From NCBI GenBank assembly GCA_964596355.1, contig CAZQTD010000005.1, forward strand, positions 1 to 63,114: a stretch of 63,114 nucleotides of DNA. Direction: 5' to 3'. Numbering within the stretch: the first letter of the stretch is position 1; each line of letters opens with the position of its first letter. This DNA is from an uncultured Gammaproteobacteria bacterium. Lineage in GTDB: Bacteria; Patescibacteriota; Microgenomatia; UBA10105; UBA927. Both the position numbers and the translations under genes were made by a program. The notes beneath the pieces are model-generated. The model had not been told where the DNA came from and did no database searches. It saw only the letters and a program-made list of their open reading frames with translations. This document shows, piece after piece, positions 20,036-28,921 of the stretch.

Positions 20036-21418
20036 ATGCCGGAGCCCGCTACAAATCACGAGCAGCGTAAACCATATTCGGTCTATGCGCCTCTAGGGAT
20101 AAAAGAAGGAGCAATCGTTGATCCACGAAGAGTAGAGAGTGTTAAACCATTACTTCAGGCAACTGGCGTGCTTGATCTTGATCTATGGATTTCGGGCTTA
20201 TCCAACCGCTTGCCTCTCACTGATGAAATGACGCTTCAACAAGAGCTTTCTACGCTTCAGGCGGAAAATCAGCTGGCGATGCAACTTCTTGATGCGATGC
20301 GAGGCGTGTATATGATTGAGCATGTGCTTGAGACTCCAGCCTCTGAGGTATCAGCTCCTGGACTGTCGTTTTTGGCAGAAGAAGCAAATCGTCTTATTCC
20401 TAAACCAGAACAGTCAGGAATTGATAGCGAAGGGTCCGCGTGGTTTGCCGAGGTTGCCGACGGAACCATCGTGTTTCGTTTCGGGGCGGACCTCCCTAAG
20501 GAGCGTGCGGGCATCACCTTGGAGCAACTGTACCAAGCAGAACGAGAGAATTTAGACAAATGTATACGGCTCCTTGCGCAGGAAATCACCATAGATCCAA
20601 ATATGTATTTTGGAGATACCGGCGGTTTACAAGTTAGCGGTAGACCTGACGTGGCTATTTTATTGAAGCGCTTTAGCACCGTTTAGCACGATCTACGAGC
20701 GAAGTTGAGTTTATACATATCAGGATTTGACCTACTGGATGATGATTCTGATGAAAAGGATGCCGTATTGGACATCTTACGAAAAGTTATGGAGGAATCA
20801 AGTACTACGGTGAAAAACGTACGAACTCTGCTTGAATCGCCGCGCGAGCCCGAACGCGTATCCGTTGGCACGCTTATTGATACGCTCCGCGACATATTTT
20901 CAGTACTTACCGATGAAGAGTATATCGTTTCTATTGATGAAACCGCGCGCATCATAGGAGAAAACGGCGTCTTCATCGGGGAACCGGTGCCGATTCGAGA
21001 TTTGTTTGTCTTGTTTTCCGATAGTCTTCTGCCATCCTTGGGTGATAACGTACGAAGTAATACCCGAAAGACATATGCGGCCCGCGATGTGATGGATCCG
21101 AACAGGAAAAGCCGTTTCAGAGAGCTTCGTGTGTCATGGCGGCTCGATAAGAAAGCTCAAACAATTCAAATGGTAATCGAAGATGACGGGGTGGGATTTT
21201 CTCCTGATATTATCGCTGCCGGTAGATTTGTTGAAGCTTTGACTTCATGGAATACTGAAAAAACACGAGTAACAGGTACAGGTTTTGGCATGGCAGCATT
21301 GGCCGATCAGGCAGGAGACTATAAAGCGCGCATCATTCCAACAAACCGTACGCACAGGGAGGGAGATGTAGAAATTATTGACGGGGCAACACTTATCGTT
21401 GAATTCAAATATACATAA
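20036..21418 (+). pseudogene. Histidine kinase (HisKA-like + HATPase_c) interrupted by in-frame TAG at 20684-20686
   Basis: ORFs 20003-20686 and 20705-21418 share a frame: ...KRFSTV*HDLRAKLSLYISGFDLL (H-box-like); EDDGVGF and GTGFGM ATPase boxes. Confidence 0.78.
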
Positions 21419-21421
21419 CGT

Positions 21422-22393
21422 ATGTACCACCACGTTGTCGCCGGCGGGACGTTTGACGCGCTTCACCGCGGCCACCGAGAGTTTTTGAGCCGCGCGTTTG
21501 CGTCAGGGGAGCGTGTGACGATCGGGCTCACCAGTGATGCGTATGTACGGCGATTCAAGCAACAAACAACGATTCGATCGTTTGGAGAGCGCAAAAAAAC
21601 GCTTGTTGATTGGTGTAAAACGCAGGGAGTAGAAAACCGTGTAAACATCGTGGCGATTGATAACATCTACGGCCCTGCGATATTGGGAGACTTTGACGCG
21701 ATTGTGGCAACGAGTGAAACACGCGCCAATGCGATTGACATTAACACGGTTCGCAAGGAGCGGGGACTTCCGGAACTTGCTATTATTGACGTCCCCATGG
21801 TTCCAGCAGAAGATGACAAACCCATTTCCAGTACCAGAGTGCGAAACGGCGAAATTGATCGGGAAGGACACTTAATTCTCCCTGATGCGCTGCGGCCCGA
21901 GCTCCAAAAGCCGCTCGGCAAACTTTTAATTGGAGATGCCATAGGTCGATCGATTGACATGCACAAACGAGGCATTACCGTTTCCGTAGGCGATGTAGCG
22001 ACAGAAGCGCTTCTTAATGCGCAGGTGACGCCAACGCTTGCAGTTATTGATTTTCAAGTGCAGCGAAAACCGTATGTTGCGCTTAAAGATCGGTTAATCA
22101 ACAATCAGCCGTTTGAACGCATTTCCTCCGGCCCCGGGCACATTTCCAAGCAAGCGCTTGACTTTTTTGAGACGTGGGGCAAAGAAATCGGACAAAACCC
22201 AAAGAAACAAACGATCCTAGTTGTCGATGGCGAAGAAGACCTGCTGACGCTTTTGGCTATTGGGCATGCGCCGATGGGAGCGGTTGTGTATTATGGACAA
22301 CCGCCGATTACGTGCCCCGCGGGACTAGTGGAGGTAGACGTCACGCCTGAAAAGAAGCGAGAAATTGCATCCCTGTTGTTAAAATTTCTTTAG
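21422..22393 (+). CDS. coaD: Archaeal/eukaryotic-type phosphopantetheine adenylyltransferase fused to DUF359 (GTP-dependent dephospho-CoA kinase-like)
   Basis: GGTFDALHRGH, GLTSD, ISSTRVR; then 'LRPELQKPLG', VGDV, VDGEEDLL, VYYGQP. Confidence 0.88.
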   Translation: MYHHVVAGGTFDALHRGHREFLSRAFASGERVTIGLTSDAYVRRFKQQTTIRSFGERKKTLVDWCKTQGVENRVNIVAIDNIYGPAILGDFDAIVATSETRANAIDINTVRKERGLPELAIIDVPMVPAEDDKPISSTRVRNGEIDREGHLILPDALRPELQKPLGKLLIGDAIGRSIDMHKRGITVSVGDVATEALLNAQVTPTLAVIDFQVQRKPYVALKDRLINNQPFERISSGPGHISKQALDFFETWGKEIGQNPKKQTILVVDGEEDLLTLLAIGHAPMGAVVYYGQPPITCPAGLVEVDVTPEKKREIASLLLKFL

Positions 22394-22396
22394 CCC

Positions 22397-22435
22397 GTCC
22401 ATGTTACTTACGTTTTAAAACATAGTAACATGGAC
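22397..22435. repeat. Near-perfect 39-bp palindrome between coaD and galT
   Basis: GTCCATGTTACT (22397-22408) / AGTAACATGGAC (22424-22435) with inner GTTTTAAAAC. Confidence 0.85.
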
Positions 22436-22487
22436 AAGCAGGGTGGAAAGTTGGTAGGCTGTATATAGGGTACAGAGGAGGTGTGCG

Positions 22488-23360
22488 GTGGCAAAATACG
22501 TACCGGACGTCAAAACCCAGCGGTGGGTCGTGATTGCGCCCGTGAGAACAACACGACCCGAAGATTTCAGTCGGGACTCAAGCATCCCTGCATTGAGAAG
22601 CGAAGCGCCGAAGTGTCCATTCTGCCCCGGCAACGAAGCACTGACTCCGCCGGAAGTCTACCGCATCGGCCCGGGAGAAAAAGACAAACCCGGGTGGCGT
22701 GTGCGCGTGGTTCCCAATAAATATCCCATTACCGATATCCATGAAGTGTTTATCCATAGCGCCAGTCATGATGATAATGTAGAGAGACTGCCTCTTGAAC
22801 ACGTTGCAACGATTCTTTCTTGCTACCGCGATCGGTATCGCGCGCACGCCACTGACGGACAGGTTCTTATTTTTTGCAATCACGGCTTTCATGCAGGGGC
22901 GTCACTGGCGCACCCGCACTCGCAGCTTGTGGTAGTGCCAAAGCAGATCAATCTGGATTCTCTGTCGCGCGAACCGATCAATAACGTGGTAGAAGAACAA
23001 GCGCATTTTGTAACGTATTGCCCTGATTTTTCCCAATGGCCGTATGAGGTATGGATTGCGCCCAAAGAAGAAGGGCACAAATTTGATGACATACAGGATG
23101 GGGAAGTAAAAGATTTAGCAGTAGTTTTTCAAAAGGCGCTGAAGAAAATCGAACGGGTGTACAAAAAATCTCCCATCAAGCCAAAAGACCGTACGGATGA
23201 TGCTTTTGTCTATAACTATTACATCTCGCACAGCAATAACTGGTTTATCCGCATTGTTCCTCGGTTTATTCACCGTGCCGGATTTGAACTGGGGACCGGA
23301 CTTAATGTGAATATCGTCGATCCTGCAGAAGCGGCGAGAGAACTGCGAGATATTTCGTGA
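22488..23360 (+). CDS. galT: Galactose-1-phosphate uridylyltransferase (HIT superfamily)
   Basis: CPFCPGNE, VRVVPNKYP, GASLAHPHSQ. Confidence 0.9.
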   Translation: MAKYVPDVKTQRWVVIAPVRTTRPEDFSRDSSIPALRSEAPKCPFCPGNEALTPPEVYRIGPGEKDKPGWRVRVVPNKYPITDIHEVFIHSASHDDNVERLPLEHVATILSCYRDRYRAHATDGQVLIFCNHGFHAGASLAHPHSQLVVVPKQINLDSLSREPINNVVEEQAHFVTYCPDFSQWPYEVWIAPKEEGHKFDDIQDGEVKDLAVVFQKALKKIERVYKKSPIKPKDRTDDAFVYNYYISHSNNWFIRIVPRFIHRAGFELGTGLNVNIVDPAEAARELRDIS

Positions 23361-23385
23361 GGCAATTAGCGAACAAAAGATGAAT

Positions 23386-23586
23386 CTACATTTGCCCTTT
23401 CTGTTGCAATCCCAACAGCCACAAAACAGCTTCTTTTTTGTAGCGCCTGTCGCCGCGTGAGTTGATGCGGATGGCAGGCAGTTTGCCGCGTTTGCCCCAG
23501 CGTTTGATTGTCAAGGGGCTGACGCGCAGTATTTTGGCAACCTCTCGAACGGTAAGTAAATCTGGCCAGTCATCTCCGAGTGACAT
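23386..23586 (-). CDS. Small excisionase-like helix-turn-helix DNA-binding protein
   Basis: 'LLTVREVAKILRVSPLTIKRWGKRGKLPAIRINSRGDRRY'; TTGACA-17-TACTGT upstream. Confidence 0.88.
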   Translation of the reverse strand: MSLGDDWPDLLTVREVAKILRVSPLTIKRWGKRGKLPAIRINSRGDRRYKKEAVLWLLGLQQKGQM

Positions 23587-23944
23587 ACGGGACTCCTTTA
23601 CAGCGAGCAGGCGAACGAAGTACGAAACAATACGATCGTTTGTGTTCATAACAGTACAACGCCGGTCAAACATTGTCAAGAGGTATCAAATGTGTTCAGG
23701 AGATGTGGATATGGTGTTGATGCGGGAATACGTTGTGCGACATGTCATTTCGGGAAATATAGTATGGTGGTACGCATACTATTATCCTGTTTTTTGTCCC
23801 ATAGCATATCTTTTTGGCGCTTACTATTCGTGAGTGCGCAACGAAAAATAATTCCATAGCATTCATCGTATGTGAGTGCAAATGCGAAACAGAATTTGAC
23901 AATCTCAAAAAGTCTGGATCCATTTTTTGTGGTATCATAATGCC

Positions 23945-24148
23945 ATGTGCATTGCGCAGTACAAAAAAGTCAAAATGGCCCAAGGAAACACCGCGTTGTT
24001 GACTGACGGCAGAACAGTTCGTCTGGCTCCTTCCATGTCTGTGCAATCTGGAGATTGGGTGGAAGTGTATGCAGATATTGCCCTTGCCAAAGTTAATTCC
24101 GATGAGGTACAAAAGAAGAAGGATCTACAAGGAGGAAATGCATCATGA
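23945..24148 (+). CDS. HypC/HupF-like hydrogenase chaperone
   Basis: N-terminal MC, 'GDWVEVYADIAL' resembling GDYVLVHAGFA; next to hydrogenase genes. Confidence 0.6.
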   Translation: MCIAQYKKVKMAQGNTALLTDGRTVRLAPSMSVQSGDWVEVYADIALAKVNSDEVQKKKDLQGGNAS

Positions 24149-25035
24149 AAAAAGGAATACAATTAAGTTTTGTAACTGCCATCATTTCCGGTTTTTCCGT
24201 ATGGACCAACAGCATCTTCGTGTCAAAGGCAGATCCGCTGGTGTTTGCGCTTGCGCGAAACGCTCTTGTTGCACTGCTTTTAACTGTGGTGCTTGTATTG
24301 ATCAATCAGCATAAAAACCTCAAGCGGCTCTCGACAAGACAGTGGCTGCAGCTCATTGGCATCGGAGCAATCGGTGGCGGGCTGCCGTTTGCGCTGTTTT
24401 TCACTGGGCTTAAAGAAATCGGAGCAGTACACGGCAACCTTATTCATAAAACGCTGTTTCTGTGGGTGGCGTTGTTGGCTGTGCCGATACTCAAAGAAAA
24501 ACTTACCAAACTTCAGATTATCGGATACGGTATTGTGCTCGTCGGCACAATTGGCATTGGAGGCGTCTCTGCCCACGTTTTGGCGGCAAAAGGGTCGTTG
24601 TTGGTTTTGGCCGCAACACTTCTGTGGGCCGCGGAAAATGTCCTTGCGAAAGTAACGCTCAAAGACGTATCTTCACCAGTTGTTGCGTGGGGACGGATGA
24701 TATTTGGACTGCCATGGTTGCTCGTGGCAGTAATTGTGCTGGGGAAGGCGGGCGTCCTTTTTCAGTCAACGACGTACGCAGTTGCGCCGATGGCCGTAAG
24801 CAGTCTCTTTCTTGTCGGGTACGTAACGACGTGGTACGCGGCGCTGTCCAAAGCGCCCGCGACACTTGTCTCGTCTGTGCTCGTTATTGCACCGGCAATT
24901 ACGGTTATGTTGGGAAGTGCGGTTTTTGCACGCGGCATGACGCAGGAACAGATTGTACGCTACGGCATAACTGCCGTTGGTATTCTTTTCATTATCCGCA
25001 AAAGCGTCCCGCGCGGTGCCGTGGTGGCACGGTAA
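24145..25035 (+). CDS. EamA/DMT family transporter
   Basis: Ten TM segments in two repeats; 'LFFTGL', 'ILKEKL'. Confidence 0.88.
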   Translation: MKKGIQLSFVTAIISGFSVWTNSIFVSKADPLVFALARNALVALLLTVVLVLINQHKNLKRLSTRQWLQLIGIGAIGGGLPFALFFTGLKEIGAVHGNLIHKTLFLWVALLAVPILKEKLTKLQIIGYGIVLVGTIGIGGVSAHVLAAKGSLLVLAATLLWAAENVLAKVTLKDVSSPVVAWGRMIFGLPWLLVAVIVLGKAGVLFQSTTYAVAPMAVSSLFLVGYVTTWYAALSKAPATLVSSVLVIAPAITVMLGSAVFARGMTQEQIVRYGITAVGILFIIRKSVPRGAVVAR

Positions 25036-25039
25036 ATGT

Positions 25040-25834
25040 ATGCCCGGAATGAGCAATACTGATTCTGGACTTCTCCTGTGCGCCCGCTATGCGTTTGCTC
25101 CAAACCACTATCACTTTTGCGGGCCGGAAAAACAGCGTGATGTCTTTGAATACGTCAACAAAAACGTCAGCGACCGGGGACTAGCGGACATTCTTCATCG
25201 TTTTGAGACGCTGTATCCCTACCTTGTGTTGATTGCGTCGCAAAACGGTATGAAAGACCCCTTTGATCGACGGGTGGTAGAGGCGTATTGGTTGGGCAAC
25301 GACCTTTTGAAAACCATCAAAGCAAAAGCATTCGGCGATCATCTTTCGGATGCGCTGCAACTAAAAAAGAAGCTTCCGGCACGCCTTTTTTCTCCTATGA
25401 TCAATCACGTTGTCTCCGGCGTGCCTCACCATGTCTTTCATGTGATGAACATATTTCCTCGCACTGGACACGCCATGGCAAACCATACGCTCCATACGAT
25501 GGATGAATGCCGGATTAGCTGGGGGCGCGTTGACAATACGGTGAATGCGGTCAATCGGACACCTGTGACTAGTGACAAAATAATCGGGAACCAGTACGTG
25601 ATACAAACGAGGCCTTTAGAATACAAACACGGAAACCTCGTGCTTGGAGATCCGATACGCAAAGTCGTCACCAGCATAGCCGTGGTCCCAAAAATCGGCG
25701 ACTGGGTGAGCGTGCACTGGGGATTTATCTGCGATGTATTGTCGAAACAGCGCATTCGTCAGTTAGAACGGTACACGCGGTACGCCATAGCGCATGCAAA
25801 TAAAGCTATGCGAAACGAAAGAGTTGCGCCGTAG
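25040..25834 (+). CDS. DUF6390-like protein (hydrogenase-associated), C-terminal HypC-like 'GDWVSVHWG'
   Basis: 'ARYAFAPNHYHFCGP', 'YPYL..IA', 'VVEAYWLGN', 'PHH.FHV', 'MDECRISWG'. Confidence 0.75.
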   Translation: MPGMSNTDSGLLLCARYAFAPNHYHFCGPEKQRDVFEYVNKNVSDRGLADILHRFETLYPYLVLIASQNGMKDPFDRRVVEAYWLGNDLLKTIKAKAFGDHLSDALQLKKKLPARLFSPMINHVVSGVPHHVFHVMNIFPRTGHAMANHTLHTMDECRISWGRVDNTVNAVNRTPVTSDKIIGNQYVIQTRPLEYKHGNLVLGDPIRKVVTSIAVVPKIGDWVSVHWGFICDVLSKQRIRQLERYTRYAIAHANKAMRNERVAP

Positions 25835-25859
25835 AAACACAAAGCACGGTATTCAGCAC

Positions 25860-26237
25860 ATGAACGTATACGTCGTCGGAAATTCAATCGTGAAAAATGA
25901 CAGGTTGCCAATCGCGCTTATTCCTCGGCTTCGCAGGGCCTTTCCTTGCATGAATGTTACAGCGGTTGATCCGAATGAACAATTTATTCCCGAGGAGGAC
26001 TCCGTCATTATTGACACGGTGCACGGAATTACCGATGTTCAGGTGTTTGATTCTCTCGATGCGTTTGAACAGGTGAGGAGCGTAACTCCCCATGATTATG
26101 ATTTGGGGTTTCACCTGCGGTTACTGCAGAAACTCCGGAAAATCTCCCGCGTCACTATCGTCGGTGTGCCGCCCAAACGCACACCGCTTCTTCTCACTAA
26201 GCTCATCTCCGTCCTTACTACTATTACATCGATGTAA
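25860..26237 (+). CDS. Hydrogenase maturation protease-like protein (HycI/HyaD fold)
   Basis: 'VVGNSIVKND', 'VIIDTVHG', 'HDYDLG' resemble GN..DDG / IIVDA / STH motifs. Confidence 0.6.
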   Translation: MNVYVVGNSIVKNDRLPIALIPRLRRAFPCMNVTAVDPNEQFIPEEDSVIIDTVHGITDVQVFDSLDAFEQVRSVTPHDYDLGFHLRLLQKLRKISRVTIVGVPPKRTPLLLTKLISVLTTITSM

Positions 26238-26246
26238 TAGCAGTAG

Positions 26247-26432
26247 TCAGGTGTTGTGTTTGGATGAGGATTTTGTGCGGTTTGTGTTGTTTGTGCCGTT
26301 CGTGCCGATGGTAATTTTAAGGTTGAGCTCTTTTTTCATGAGCTTAAGGACAATGAAACTTAAAAGCCCAACGAGTGCGGCCACCAGCGCCGCGATGATG
26401 CCCATGAACATGAGGATGATTGCTTGAACCAT
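26247..26432 (-). CDS. Small single-TM hypothetical protein
   Basis: Hydrophobic N-terminal half; TATAAT 6 nt upstream of ATG. Confidence 0.5.
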   Translation of the reverse strand: MVQAIILMFMGIIAALVAALVGLLSFIVLKLMKKELNLKITIGTNGTNNTNRTKSSSKHNT

Positions 26433-26444
26433 AGGCGCATTATA

Positions 26445-27734
26445 CTATTTCCACGCAATCTTCAAAAAGTGGGTGGCACAGCTCATGCATGGGTCGTAGG
26501 CGCGGATAATTTTTTGTATTTCTGTCGTGAGCACATCTTTGGATTGATCGAGGTGTGTGGATACGTAGTCGCGGATAGATCGCTCAATACCGATTTGATT
26601 TTGGCCCGTGGGGACGATAACCCTTGATTTGACCACGGCGCCCTCGGAGCTCATGTCCACTTTATGAAACAGGGTCCCGCGCGGCGCCTCTATGATGCCA
26701 ATGCCCGCGGCTTGTCTGGGGGCGAATGATACAGGTTTTTCTTCCTGTCCCTGATACTGATTGATTAAATCGATACTTGCGTCTACTGCGTGGAGCATTT
26801 CTATGGCTTGCGCGAGGTTATTATGAAAAATGTTGTTCGATGGAAACTGCGCAAGCGCCTTGGCGGCATCCGCTTTTGTTTTAGGATGGAGAGCGTCGCT
26901 ATTGAGGTTCAGGCGGGCAAGCGCGCCCACCATGTGAATGTGATCGTCAAACAGGTAGCCGGTCGCTTGAGAGTAGGGAATTTCCCGGCGTTTGAGGCGC
27001 GACTCAAACTCTTCTGGAGCGATCGTGGCATTGTCGCTGGTTTTTATCGTTCCTTCGAGGAATGAAAACTCCGCGTCAACCAGCGCGAGAAACTTGAGGT
27101 CTTGCATAAGGTTAAACGGACACTTCAAAAAAACGTCGATCAGCTGAAGGATTCGCGGCCGAACCTCGGTTAACACCGGAATCAACGCGCGCAGATCTTC
27201 TTTTTTCGGCAGTATGGTGAATCCGCCGACAGTCACGTGCGGCGCGTGCACGCTCCTGCCGCCGGATGCAATGCTTACTTTATTCCCTGCTTCTTTAACG
27301 GCAAAACAGTCGTGGACTAACGCGTGTTCTTCGGGACTGTTATCATCAAACGCGAGAATCGACTCACGATTATAAAGGTCGGGCAGGGCAAATACGTACA
27401 GATGGAGTCCGTGATCTCGGATGATGAGTCCGTAGTTGAGGAGCTTGCGAAGCACTGTTGTTTGCTTAGAAACCTCAAGTCCCAGTCCGCTTTCTACCGC
27501 CTTGAGGCTTGCCAGAAGATGCGCGTTACTGCACGTGCCGCAGATGCGGGAAAGCAAATGGGGAAGACTTGTTATCCTTTTGCCGCGCACCGCCTGTTCA
27601 AAGAATCTGCGCATTTCTGCAATGCCGAACTTGCACTCGGCAAGAACGCCCTCGCGGATTTTTATGTCCAAGCGCGCCGCACCTTCGATTTTGGTGATTT
27701 CTTCAAGCGACAGATCGAGATTGGCGGTATGCAT
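26445..27734 (-). CDS. NiFe hydrogenase large subunit, group 3b-like
   Basis: KIEG, L1 RICGTC, EAPRG, L2 DPCMSCATH plus short C-terminal tail FLKIAWK. Confidence 0.92.
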   Translation of the reverse strand: MHTANLDLSLEEITKIEGAARLDIKIREGVLAECKFGIAEMRRFFEQAVRGKRITSLPHLLSRICGTCSNAHLLASLKAVESGLGLEVSKQTTVLRKLLNYGLIIRDHGLHLYVFALPDLYNRESILAFDDNSPEEHALVHDCFAVKEAGNKVSIASGGRSVHAPHVTVGGFTILPKKEDLRALIPVLTEVRPRILQLIDVFLKCPFNLMQDLKFLALVDAEFSFLEGTIKTSDNATIAPEEFESRLKRREIPYSQATGYLFDDHIHMVGALARLNLNSDALHPKTKADAAKALAQFPSNNIFHNNLAQAIEMLHAVDASIDLINQYQGQEEKPVSFAPRQAAGIGIIEAPRGTLFHKVDMSSEGAVVKSRVIVPTGQNQIGIERSIRDYVSTHLDQSKDVLTTEIQKIIRAYDPCMSCATHFLKIAWK

Positions 27735-27739
27735 GTATT

Positions 27740-27810
27740 ACTTCATTGACTCATTGCTTCATTGGTTTCATTGCTTTAAGACAATGAAACAGTGGAACAG
27801 TGAAACCATC
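27740..27810. repeat. Octamer repeats in inverted blocks (TCATTGCT.. / CAATGAAA..)
   Basis: GTTTCATTG 27765-27773 pairs with CAATGAAAC 27782-27790, flanked by further octamer copies. Confidence 0.75.
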
Positions 27811-27820
27811 GGATGAGACT

Positions 27821-28306
27821 CTAGTCCCTGACGATCTTGAATTCTTTAAGATACCTGTCTAGCAATTCTAAAAACGGTTTCTCATTCATCGGACAGCCGT
27901 TGACTTCCGCATCCACTGTCACAATCTCACGGAGACATTTCACGGTGTCTGCCTGTTTGAAGCGAGCAAGAAGCGCCCTGATTTCCTCTTTGGTTGGTGC
28001 GTCAAAACGGTTCCGTTGCGCGCTTGGCAAACCCGTGCACGCGCACGCGCCGATAGCAACGAGCTTGGTGGAAAGCGAGCGGATTGTTTTGAGTTTTTCC
28101 GCGTGTTCATCTGAACAAATCGCTCCTTCGACAAAGGCCACATCCATGGGCTCCCATTTGTTGGTGTTCTGCAAAACCCGCGCGTGGACAAACTCAATAT
28201 TTTCTTTCCACTCCTTCCAGCGGGTATTCATAAGCTCCATGAAGATAATCGTGGAATCTTCACAACAGGTAAAGGTAAACCATCCGACGCGAAGCTTCTT
28301 TGCCAT
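27821..28306 (-). CDS. NiFe hydrogenase small subunit (NADH-ubiquinone oxidoreductase 20 kDa-like fold), short form
   Basis: TCCEDS, FVEGAI, VAIGACACTG, NGCPM. Confidence 0.9.
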   Translation of the reverse strand: MAKKLRVGWFTFTCCEDSTIIFMELMNTRWKEWKENIEFVHARVLQNTNKWEPMDVAFVEGAICSDEHAEKLKTIRSLSTKLVAIGACACTGLPSAQRNRFDAPTKEEIRALLARFKQADTVKCLREIVTVDAEVNGCPMNEKPFLELLDRYLKEFKIVRD

Positions 28307-28350
28307 ACACGTATTGTAACAAAAGTACCGGAGTTTATTAATCACGTATT

Positions 28351-28378
28351 ACGGCATCCTCTTGCAAGGGGATGCCGT
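28351..28378. terminator. GC-rich hairpin between rplL and hydrogenase genes (possible terminator or REP-like element)
   Basis: ACGGCATCC-T-CTTGCAAG-G-GGATGCCGT; no clear U-tract. Confidence 0.45.
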
Positions 28379-28403
28379 GCGACACTTTCTGTTGCCATTA
28401 TTG

Positions 28404-28796
28404 TTATTTGAGTTCAACCTTTGCTCCTGCCGCCTCTAATTTCTTTTTCGCCTCTTCGGCAGTTTCTTTATTGACTGCGGTTAAAACTTCCTTTGGCGCA
28501 CTCTCCACGAGTGTTTTTGCCTCTTGAAGTCCCAACGTCGGGACCAGTTCACGAACTGCTTTAATCGCTCCTATTTTGTTTTCACCTATTCCTGCAAGGA
28601 CGACGTTGAATACTGTTTGTTCCTCTTTTGACTCGCCAGAGTTGGCATCGCCAGCGGCTGCGGCTTGGGCGGCCACTGCCACCGGAGCGGCGCTGACGCC
28701 AAACTTTTCTTCGAGCGCTTTGACAAGATCGGCAAGCTCAAGAACCGTCATCTCTTCAACTGCTTGTAAAATGTCATCTTTTGATAGTTTTGCCAT
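28404..28796 (-). CDS. rplL: 50S ribosomal protein L7/L12
   Basis: [37 protein letters not shown]. Confidence 0.97.
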   Translation of the reverse strand: MAKLSKDDILQAVEEMTVLELADLVKALEEKFGVSAAPVAVAAQAAAAGDANSGESKEEQTVFNVVLAGIGENKIGAIKAVRELVPTLGLQEAKTLVESAPKEVLTAVNKETAEEAKKKLEAAGAKVELK

Positions 28797-28817
28797 ATAC
28801 ACCTCCCTTCAGTCGGT

Positions 28818-28921
28818 AAATCCTAAATTCCAAATTCTACATCCAAAATAAATTCAAATGCTCAAAATTCTAATTAGAAATTGAAACCTTGATAGTATTT
28901 TGGATTTTGAGTTTAGGATTT
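28818..28921. repeat. Heptamer repeat footprint with nested inverted repeats, overlapping rplJ 3' end
   Basis: AAATCCTAAA 28818-28827 / TTTAGGATTT 28912-28921; ATCCAAAATA 28841-28850 / TATTTTGGAT 28896-28905. Confidence 0.8.

Noticed and set aside
11333-20686. Genome-wide TAG recoding or pyrrolysine
   Set aside because: topA, rpiB and rpmG terminate at TAG at their expected ends, and no pyl genes or CUA-anticodon tRNA are seen in the window.
23386-23586. Prophage or integrative element marked by an excisionase
   Set aside because: No integrase, phage genes or att-like repeats are nearby, so it is treated as a stand-alone HTH protein.
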